Source of the DNA: Octopus vulgaris
Taxonomy: Eukaryota
Length of the DNA: 64,000 bases
Reading direction: 5' to 3'
Assembly: GCA_951406725.2 (NCBI GenBank)
Contig: OX597839.1
Span: 2,108,001-2,172,000 of the forward strand
Shown: piece by piece, positions 52,335-64,000 of the stretch
Layout: every line of letters begins with the position of its first letter
Numbering within the stretch: the stretch's first letter is position 1
Notes under the pieces: model-generated
Told to the model about the DNA's origin: nothing
What the model saw: only the letters and a program-made list of their open reading frames with translations
The model's database searches: none
Position numbers and translations under genes: made by a program

Positions 52335-53074
52335 TTAATCCTTTAGGCGCGACTTCTCGTCGCTTTCATCGAGATCTCTCCAACGTACTACTGCACTCTG
52401 TTTATCTTCGCTGTGATCCTCTATAGAGTTGCGCCTCCAGCGTTTACTGAGATAAACTCGCCGTTTCCACTGCCACACGCCCAAGCCTATCATGAGAGCG
52501 TAGTAGCCGAAACAGAGCAAAAGGCCAACTATGCTGTCCCGTCTTATCAGCGGGACTGTCCAGAGTGTGAGGCAGTGTGATTTCCGCTTTGCTAACGGCC
52601 AAATGTAAGTAGGGTGCGGTTGAACACTGACGCACACGTTGTAGGCGGTGTTGCTTTGTAGTCCCGTTAACGAGTAGGAATTCGTCTCAGGTGGTAACAT
52701 TTTTGACATGAAAGATCCGGTCTTGAGGTGATATTCCACGTTCCATCCGAGGAAAGCGACGGGTGAAGGAACGTAAAGCGATGGGTCAGGTTGCTTGTGG
52801 AAATGTGGGGCTGTGTGAGACTTTGTTATATATCGTCCAGTTGAAGACGACGACGACGGCGTCGAAGAAGGCGCCGCTGTTGCTGATGCTGCTGCCGCTG
52901 GCAATGATGACAGCGTTGTTGTCGATTGAAAAGCATTCTCGCTGCGCATGTGCCAAGCCCATGCGATAGATATAGAGGAAGTGGAGCTTTTCACCCAAGT
53001 GATGTTCACCCATTTGTCTTTCGGATGTGCCATGTCATGATACTGTAAGTCAGTAGACGATACCGCGATTCGGC
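52335..53074 (-). CDS. Terminal coding exon of a single-pass membrane protein with one fibronectin type III domain
   Basis: Polypyrimidine tract and TCACAG|G acceptor at 53075 (phase 1); FN3 strands SSTSSISIAW, GWNVEY, SYSLTGLQSNTAYNVCV; TM segment SIVGLLLCFGYYALMIGLGVW followed by basic WKRR; about 740 nt of open, GC-rich, non-microsatellite sequence. Upstream signal-peptide exon not identified. Confidence 0.85.
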
Positions 53075-53410
53075 CTGTGAATAGAGAAAAAGAGAAAGAG
53101 AGAAAAACGCAATGAGAAATAGTAACCATTTGAAAACAAAAATGTTAGTAAAAGCTTATAGAAATATTTGAAAAACATTTGTAAATCCTTAATGAAATGT
53201 TTGAAAGGCGCAAATATTTGATTTAAGCTGAAATGGAATTCGGTGAAAATTGGACTTCGAAAATGAGAAAAGTGAAATAAATGATAAAAATATTTCGAAA
53301 AGACAATTTTTGAAAAGTTACATAGAAGTATTTGAAAAAAATCTTCCTTTAAACTGAAATTTGAAAAGCAAAATAAATGGAAAAACTACAAAATATTTAG
53401 GGGGGAAATC

Positions 53411-53445
<35 letters not shown>

Positions 53446-53453
<8 letters not shown>

Positions 53454-53658
53454 TAAATGAAAGAATGGAGTCGAACGAAGATTTTAACAAAATTCCTTTA
53501 CTCTCAACACATGTTTCGAAGACTGCATACTCTTAATTCCGAAGGAATAAAGGGTGCATTATGCCGTCTTCTCATCAGGAGTCTTCGAAACATGTGTTGA
53601 GAGTAAAGGAATTTTGTTAAAATCTTCGTTCGACTCCATTCTTTCATTTATTCATATA
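53446..53658. repeat. Perfect 79-bp inverted repeat abutting (TA)n
   Basis: 53446-53524 vs 53580-53658, no mismatches. Confidence 0.95.
53503..53581 (-). ncRNA. Type I hammerhead ribozyme motif with canonical core
   Basis: CUC-CUGAUGA-GAAGAC(long hairpin)GUCUUC-GAA-ACA(UG)UGU-U-GAG. Confidence 0.7.
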
Positions 53659-54209
53659 AAAAAAACACACAAATTTCCACACAAGAACACGGGGTTTCTG
53701 CCCTTGGCATGTAGCTTCAACCGTGTTTCCTGACATGAATTTTTGCCACCCAGGTATCGATTAACCGAATTATCCATACTAGGATAATTCATTCACCTAC
53801 TTAAATATATATATATATATATACACGACAGGCTTCTTTCAACTTGTCTACCAAATCCACTCTTTGGTCGGCCCGAGGCTATAGTAGAATTCATTTGCCC
53901 ATAGTGCCACGCAGTGGGACTCAACCCGGAATCATTTGGTTGGGAAGCAAGCTTCTTACCACGCAGCCACACCTGAGCCTGTTTGATCACTATAAACAAA
54001 TCATCCGTGCTGCTTGTTCGGCAAGAATTTGCGGAACCATCCTTTCTCGGACTCGAGAAACTACAAATAAATTAAATAAGTTGACCAGCAAAAAGTACAA
54101 AGGACCCAGCCGATGTTTAACTCATTAGATCCCAACCACTTTGTCCCCATTTCATTTACAACAACGTATTGGCGTGAGTCTGGGATGTAGTACTTGTTTG
54201 TTAATCAAA

Positions 54210-54374
54210 GAGTGGCTGTGTGGTAAGTAGCTTGCTAACCAATCACATGGTTCCGGGTTCAGTCCCACTGCGTGGCACCTTAGGCAAGTGTCTTCTACTA
54301 TAAGCCTCGGACCGACCAAAGCCTTGTGAGTGGATTTGGTAGGCGGAAACTGAAAGAAGCCCGTCGTATATATG

Positions 54375-54471
<97 letters not shown>

Positions 54472-54690
54472 GTGTTTGTGTGTTTGTGTTTGTCCTCCTA
54501 GCATTGCTTGACAACCGATGCTGGTGTGTTTATGTCCCCGTCACTTAGCGGTTCGGCAAAAAGAGACCGATAGAATAAGTACTGGGCTTACAAATAATAA
54601 GTCCTGGGGTCGATTTGCTCGACTAAAAGGTGGTGCTCCAGCATGGCCACAGTCAAATGACTGAAACAAGTAAAAGAGAGTAAAAGAGTA
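54210..54690 (+). mobile_element. SINE family A
   Basis: Full-length homology with an expanded (TG)n. Confidence 0.85.
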
Positions 54691-54916
54691 TAAGAATCAC
54701 ACAATTCTACAGCCAGAGCCGCGAATTGCAGTCAATAAGAAATTTCCAAGAGAGTTTCTTTTGATAAAATCATGAATGAGAATCCGGAACAAAGAAATTA
54801 CTGAAGTTTACATTCACAAGTTTTATAGATTTCACTGTTTACACTTCGTTATGTTTTCTAGTGGCACGATTTGAATCAGCATTCATACGCTGATTGAAAA
54901 GCATATAGAAATACTC

Positions 54917-54984
<68 letters not shown>

Positions 54985-55255
54985 GCACACACAACGGCTT
55001 GATTAGGTTCTATGCAACTTAAAGTTTTGTAGGCTTCTTATAGAAGCCTAGCTCGTCGGTCTTAGCAGAATGGAGAGATGCAAGAAATCCAAGATGGCTA
55101 CCGAGAACGGCTTGTTATTGGTCAAGGCCGGTCACATGGTAATTTTAGGAGTAAGATTGACATTTAAGCGACGCCAAATGCATTAAAAAGGGAGAATTTT
55201 ATACATACATACATACATACATACATACATACATACATACATACATACATACATA

Positions 55256-55515
55256 CATGATGGCCGTCCACTCGTGACCGAGGAAGACCATTGCCAACCT
55301 TCAGGAACATTGTGCGTTCTAGGACTAACTTATATTTTGCATTTGCGGCTCCATTGGTGGCTAATGAGCCCTGCTCTTCACAAGCATACGCGACTGCAAA
55401 CATTGCAGACCAAGCTTTCCCCATTCACTATACGAGCCGTGTGCTTTCGCGCAGCTCGTTTAAGTTCTTCATGCTGGATACGTGCTCTCTCAAAAGTGTC
55501 GATCCCCTCCTTAAC
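55256..55515 (-). mobile_element. RTE-clade LINE 3' end (ORF C-terminus and 3' UTR) in (TATG)n
   Basis: Minus strand reads EGIDTFERARIQHEELKRAARK...LVCNVCSRVCL*RAGLISHQ, the Cys/His C-terminus typical of RTE ORFs. Confidence 0.75.
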
Positions 55516-55548
55516 CTACATACATACATACATACATACATACATACA

Positions 55549-55580
<32 letters not shown>

Positions 55581-55724
55581 AGTATATGTATATATACTAG
55601 GTCGTCAAGTATGAAATTTGTAGAAAAGAAGAAAAAGACGTTTGCTAATGTTTTATAAATACAAGAAAGAGTTTTAGTTATGAAAGTATGCACCCATATT
55701 GTCAATACACTTGGAAGACCTGTT

Positions 55725-55905
55725 TTACAGCATCGTCGGAATTAAAGTTTTTTCTATCAAAAAGTTATCCAAATTCTGGAGGAAGTGGTAATCAGTGGAG
55801 GCAAGATTAGGTGAGTATGGTGGATGATGGAGAACTTCCAACTCCAACTCCTGTAGTTTCGCCAATATCATTCTTGTGATGTGTGGTCTGACGTTGTCAA
55901 AATGG
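55725..55905 (-). mobile_element. mariner transposase C-terminal remnant
   Basis: DNVRPH...LEVLHHPPYSPNLASTDYHF corresponds to the HDNARPH and YSPDLAPxD motifs. Confidence 0.85.
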
Positions 55906-55989
55906 GTGCGTTTGCTCACTTATCTATGTGTATGTATGTGGGCGTGTATATATTCCCACATTTGCGAGAGGGTGCATATATATATATAT

Positions 55990-56393
55990 AGGCGCAGGAG
56001 TGGCTGTGTGGTAAGTAGCTTGCTTACCAACCACATGGTTCCGGGTTCAGTCCCACTGCGTGGCATCTTGGGCAAGTGTCTTCTGCTATAGCCCCGGGCC
56101 GACCAATGCCATGTAAGTGGATTTGGTAGACGGAAACTGAAAGAAGCCTGTCGTATATATGTGTATATGTGTGTGTTTGTGTGTGTCTTTTTGTCCCCCT
56201 AGCATTGCTTGACAACCGATGCTGGTGTGTTTACGTCCCCGTCACTTAGCGGTTCGGCAAAAGAGACCGATAGAATAAGTACTGGGCTTACAAAGAATAA
56301 GTCCCGGGGTCGATTTGCTCGACTAAAGGCGGTGCTCCAGCATGGCCACAGTCAAATGACTGAAACAAGTAAAAGAGTAAAGAGTAAAAGAGT
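55990..56393 (+). mobile_element. SINE family A
   Basis: Full-length homology. Confidence 0.85.
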
Positions 56394-57259
56394 ATAAGCG
56401 ATTAAGTGTATATATTGATCGGTGTACGTATGTGTATGCATATGTATAGCTATGCGTATGTATGTATATATGTATGTATAGATGCGTGAGTACGTGAATG
56501 TATGTGCATGTATGTATATGTGAGCGTATCTGTCTGTGTATACAGGCATATATACATAGGTTTGTTTGTGTGTGGGAGGGTATGTGTGAGTATCAGTGTG
56601 TTTATGTGTGTATGTATCCATCCGTCTATTGAATACTGAAGGTCAGCTAATAAAATCCGCACGTGTAGCCAACCATGAAGAATAGGTCAGCAATTCACTA
56701 CCACTCATAGCAGTCCAACAGACACACTCTGCCATCACACGAAATGAATCTACCAACTGCTACAAAATTCAAACCAGGACGGGCGGATGGGATGGACTTG
56801 AAGTCGAGGATTTTAAACTAACAACGACAACACTGGAAATTTACCTGAGGAAACACAACTAGATCTCATTATGCAAACGATCAGTTGTATAATCAAATAT
56901 CCGTATTGCTGGAGAACCACGATTAGTGGAAACAATTGTAGTGACATATATATATTTATAGGACAGTGCATTGTTCAACCATCATGAAAAGCAAACAACA
57001 ACAACAGCAAAAACAAAGAAGACATCAAAAACCAACCGGCAAATGACCATTGATGTTAACTCGATATAAAGTCTTCGGTAAGCTTTGATTTAAACGAGTG
57101 AGATAAACGAATGATAGATGTGCGTAACATTAACGTGATATCCATTCATAAAGCACACGAAGAAATTGATAATAGGAATCAAGCAAATTACTATTCATGT
57201 TTAACTTGATAGGTCATTGACCGATAACGCAAGACACTCTTGCGACATCCTTCATCGTG

Positions 57260-57341
<82 letters not shown>

Positions 57342-57432
57342 CATGTGTATGTGTGAGGGTGTATGAATGAGTGTATTTGTGTGTGTACGAATACATATAT
57401 CTATGTATGTCTATCCGTATGCATATAAATAT

Positions 57433-57516
<84 letters not shown>

Positions 57517-58003
57517 GTGTGTGTGTGTGTGTGTCTTTCTTTCTCTCCGTTGTAGCTGGAACAAGGAAGACGTGTTCTTGTCTGTCTCCTGTCCAAGCTT
57601 GATTTACGCGTTCGCCACCACAACCTCGTTTTGGCTTAGCAGCCCTTCTTGTTTGTTTTCACTGTCCTGTTTGTGCTACCAATTTTGTCCCTCTGCAAAG
57701 TCCAAAATTCTATTTAATTTGCTTTGCGAGAACAACTGTTTTATCGAAAGCGTATCTTGTTGTTAAATGCTCGAAATACGAGACTAGAAAAACAGCCAAC
57801 AACTGATAAAGGGTAGTTCTTTATGTTGTTCGTTTTGTTTTCCATTGGTGTCTTTCGTTGTTCGAAGGAATAGTTCATGTTCTATGTACTTGTGCTTCGT
57901 ATTTTTTGTTGTGCACTTTTCGTGACGTCCTGTGCCCGCATATGCATATACGTATAGATGTATGTACATATACGTATGTATATATGCATATATATATATT
58001 ATT

Positions 58004-58066
<63 letters not shown>

Positions 58067-58129
58067 TAAATATATATGCATATATGTATATATTTATTTT
58101 TTTTCATATTATGCATATATATATATATG

Positions 58130-58221
<92 letters not shown>

Positions 58222-58374
58222 ATATATGTACACATGTATATGTGTGTGTGTGTGTGTGTATGCATATACATATATGTACATAGCCATAAATATGTACGCA
58301 TGTTTAAATATATATCTATATATCTATAGATATCTGTTATATATTTGATTGTGTAGACATATGCATACATTTAT

Positions 58375-58423
<49 letters not shown>

Positions 58424-58504
58424 TATTCACATATTGAAGTGTAAACATAGGCGCACTTATCTGCGTGTATATGCCTATATGTGTGTACATATGCGTATAT
58501 ACAC

Positions 58505-58655
<151 letters not shown>

Positions 58656-59300
58656 CACATAAACATACATGTGCATTCGTTTGTGCACGCGGTGATCTTT
58701 TCGTTTGTGTACTGACCATCATCATCCTTTGCATCACAAGTCGAATGCAATTAGCTGTGGAATATGAAATACAATATACTGGATATTTCTCCGTTCTCCG
58801 CTGCAACAACAACAACAACTACAAGAAGAAGAAGAACAACAACAACAGGTGCAGCAGTAGCAGCAACAACTACAACAACAACAACAACAACAACAACGAA
58901 GAAGAACACACAAAACCTACGCTTGCCTCCTCATCCCTGTTACAGCATCATGTTTTAATAGAACGCAATCCAATTGGGAATTTTGATGTTAAACATCGGC
59001 AAAAACGACTTTTTTTTTTAGTTTTTCTTGTTCTTATCTTTATTTATTTATTTAGCTATTTGTTGCTTTGCTTCATATATTCATGCTCACGCGCAAATAC
59101 TCCTCACAGACACACACACACACGCGCGCGCGCATCCATTCCTGTTCAAACACATCAGCTCATAAGCATTTTCATACACAAACATAGGAAGTGACAGGAA
59201 TTAGGGCGCATGATAGAAATTAGAGACTGACTCTTATGTGTAGATACATACATACACATACAAACACACATACATACATACATATACAAACACACATGCA

Positions 59301-59332
<32 letters not shown>

Positions 59333-59410
59333 CATACATACGCACACGCATTTATACTTAGATACATACATACACACGCACACATGCATACATACATATA
59401 TACATATATA

Positions 59411-59459
<49 letters not shown>

Positions 59460-59670
59460 GTACATATAAACATACATATACACATACGCACACAAGCATA
59501 CATACATACATACATACATACATTCATACATACATACATACATACATACGTACAAGCGTATATTCATATATACATACACACACATACGCATACATACATG
59601 CATATATATATATATATACATACATACATACATACATGCATATATTCATACATATATACATACACACACG

Positions 59671-59702
<32 letters not shown>

Positions 59703-59828
59703 CATACATACATATATATACATGAATGCGTACATGTATATATTCATACATACATGCGCACACGCACAAACGCATACATACATACATACATACATACATA
59801 CATACATACATACATACATACATGCACA

Positions 59829-61285
59829 TACGAGGGTGGGTTGAAAGCCCTTAGGAGTGACGCTAGAGCAATGTATGTTTTGCATGCTTTTATTTTTGTT
59901 CAAGCCTCCTGGATTATTTCTTTCTCGATATACCGACATTTAACTCTTCACAGATGACTTCGATAGTAATTAGTCGCAACTTCTTGAAAAATGGACAAAA
60001 TTTGGCACCGTGGTTTTATCGAGAACCTGTAGAAAAACGGTTTAGACCCCAGCAGTATTCATACTGTCATGGTTGCTACATTCGGGGATGACGTTCCAGC
60101 TTTATCAACCGTGCAGAATAGAGTGACTGATTCTAGGAGTGAAAGGGAGAGTCTTGAAGATGACTCCAAGTTTTGCGGTCCTGCAGCTGCCACCACCGAG
60201 GAAAACATTGATCATGTTAGTTAGTTAGTTAATTTTTGGCTCAAAAAGCAAGGCCATGTAGGGGGACATGGATTTATGTACAGGGTGGTGCTCATGTAAA
60301 GAGTTCAGGCCACTTGTGGTCAAGGGAGACTTTGAACCGATCGGTCGTCGGCATCTTCACCATCTCGTCCGGCAGCTTATTCCACGGATCTGCAACCCGG
60401 ACGGAGAAAGCCCCTCTCCTTCGATTGAGATGAAATCGTCGCAGATAGAGCTTTTCGGAGTGACCCCGCAGCCGACGCTCTGGAGCAGGAGTGAAGAACA
60501 TCTCTTTCGAGAGGTTACACTTTCCATGTTGTCACCACATGGTGATGGGCAACAGGCGAATGACTATAAATCAAATAGCCAAATACTATTAGCATATCTG
60601 ATGAGAGTTAAGAACATTTTGTACAATAAACTTCGCACGATGACGGTTTCTGCTCAGTAGGTGACCACATGGAAAACCTGATATTGTTTGAGACAGACCC
60701 AGCTGGTTACCTTGAACGTTTTCTAACCCAGGATGAGTGGTAGGTTCATCAATTTGAGCCAGAAACAAAGATATAATCCGTGCAATGGACACATCCTTCT
60801 TCACCTGCTCCAAAGGAGGCCATGGTCGTTTCATCTTCAATTAAGGTAATGTCCTCAGTTTCTTTTTGAAGATGCAAAAGGCATTGTTTTTATTGCCTAT
60901 CTTCAAAAGGGCCACGCTATCAATGGAGAGTACAATGCCAAATTGCCGAGGCAGTTACGAACCGGGAAAGCTGACGAAAGGGGTTTTTTGTTCAGCCAGG
61001 ACTCTGGCTCAGCATACAAGTCCTTGGTTTCAATGGAGTTGGTATACATGACCGTGACTTTGAACTGGTTGACCACCCACTCTTTTCTCCTGATTTGACC
61101 CCATATGACTATCATCTGTTTCCCAACATGAAAAATGCACTTGGTTGGAGTGTCGCAATGATGGTGTCGTCATATCTATTGTTGAGGACGTTTTAATCAA
61201 CAGGCTGAAAGATTCTTCACCAATGTAATCCAAACACTGCAACACCGATGATTGAAGTGTGTGGAATGCAAGTGAGAATGTATCC
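59829..61285 (+). mobile_element. Decayed mariner transposon interrupted by a LINE fragment
   Basis: TA-CGAGGG start; SLEDD...TEENIDHV, RFLTQDEW*VHQFEPETK, KVMSSV..DAKGIVFIAYLQKG, HPLFSPDLTPYDYHLF; multiple stops and frameshifts. Confidence 0.85.
60219..60530 (-). mobile_element. CR1/L2-type LINE 3' end with (TAAC)n tail
   Basis: RLRGHSEKL...RRGAFSVRVADPWNKLP...FKVSLD ORF2 C-terminus. Confidence 0.85.
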
Positions 61286-61527
61286 ATCGCTCCCGAATGG
61301 GACTTGCAATGAGCTGTCTCGCACCTATATGATGTTCAGGTGTTTTAACACCTGGTGCTTTCAGAGAGTCATCTCCACCGTGTCAAATCGTTGCCTACCG
61401 TCGAACAAGTGAAGTACATACACTGAGTATGAGTCTTCAATAATGTTTACAACACTAACTTCTAATTCATATTTGAATATATGGTGTATATATATATATC
61501 GTATATTCAAATATATATATATATATA

Positions 61528-61735
61528 GTTAATCCAAACAAGAAAGCACAAAAAAACACAACAACGCGAGGACGTGGAACAAATATAGTATTATTGGACG
61601 CTCAGGAAAGAAGGAAAGAAGGAGGGTTTAACGTTTCGAGCGGAGCTCTTCCTCGGAAACATAGGAGAAGGAAAGATCCAGGGAAGGGAAGACAGAGGAA
61701 AAAAATCGCCAACGGTACACACGAGGTCACATTTT
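61528..61735 (-). mobile_element. ~200-bp hammerhead-like element, family H2, between (TA)n tracts
   Basis: GUUU-CCGAGGA-A-GAGC(UCC)GCUC-GAA-ACGU-U-AAAC at 61626-61660; homologous to ~38833-39000 and ~33250-33355. Confidence 0.65.
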
Positions 61736-62409
61736 ATATATATATAAATATATATATATACATACATATATAGTCAACTGGAAACGGTGTATCCTGTGGC
61801 TAAATAGCAATAGCATTTTTTTCCTTTCCTATATATGTGTATGTGTGTATGTATGTATATTACATGCATATACACATCACATGCATACGCATATAGGATC
61901 ACACTACTACTTCCTTCAGTCCATCCATCTATTTTCTCCATCTCTCCATATAGACATAAATACTTACATTCATACATGTATACATACATGCACACACACA
62001 TTTAATACAGCAATAGAAACATCCATCAATCCATCCGCTCACCCACACATCCATCCACCCATCCATCCATCCATCCATCCATCCATCCACCCATACATAC
62101 ATACATACATACATACATACATACATACATACATACATACATACATACATACATACATACATACACGCGTATATGCATTTACCTCATAGCGCAAGCCATA
62201 TATGACATCATATCGCTTACGAATTCCATGTTGCTGTCGAAGATGCAAAGATTGACTCACAAGTCCGCGATAAAATTATATGTTAAAGAGAAGAAAGACA
62301 CGAGCCATCCATCAATGCCTGAAGATAATTCCATTACAATGACGTGGGTGTTCTTTTGGTTTTGCTTGACGTGAACGAGATGATTGGGAGCGGGAAATAA
62401 GCATACATC

Positions 62410-62532
<123 letters not shown>

Positions 62533-62597
62533 TCATATATATATACATATATATCAGTCATATATATATATGTACATATATATACATATATTCATAC

Positions 62598-62649
<52 letters not shown>

Positions 62650-62667
62650 GACTGAAACGAATAAAAG

Positions 62668-64000
<1,333 letters not shown>

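Noticed and set aside
53075-53129. N-terminal MVTISHCVFLSFSFSLFT of the 264-aa ORF as a signal peptide
   Set aside because: It is the translated polypyrimidine tract and acceptor of the intron.
62261-62334. Minus-strand ATG...|GTGAGT mini-exon ([24 protein letters not shown]) as first exon of the FN3 gene
   Set aside because: The donor is phase 2 but the FN3 exon needs phase 1, and the peptide is a poor signal sequence; unsupported without RNA data.

Overview
Eukaryotic, AT-rich and very microsatellite-dense genomic DNA. The tRNA-derived SINE families and the (TA)n/(GATA)n/(TATG)n/(TAA)n landscape suggest an octopus/coleoid cephalopod (inference, not proven). Almost all ORF-track entries are microsatellite or SINE artefacts. 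Host coding content I can support: (1) a 55-nt first coding exon of MTFP1/MTP18 on the minus strand (9225-9279), missed by the ORF track; (2) an intact, intronless DTD1 (D-aminoacyl-tRNA deacylase 1) at 20957-21460; (3) a 5'-truncated, SINE-interrupted second DTD1 copy at 25882-26486; (4) the large terminal exon of a single-pass FN3-domain membrane protein (52335-53074, minus). Also present: a degenerate tRNA-Thr(TGT), Tc1, mariner, CR1-like and RTE-like remnants, hAT and Mutator-like MITEs with perfect target-site duplications, and dozens of SINE copies. The most interesting signal is a dispersed set of short ORF-less elements from several unrelated sequence families. Each carries a type I hammerhead-ribozyme-like motif (CUGANGA-stem II-GAA, then a palindromic mini stem III and a NUH site), most sit against (TA)n tracts, and several are arranged as long inverted repeats. 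This resembles Penelope-like terminal repeats or retrozyme-type non-autonomous elements. All structures were folded by eye; cleavage activity is untested.
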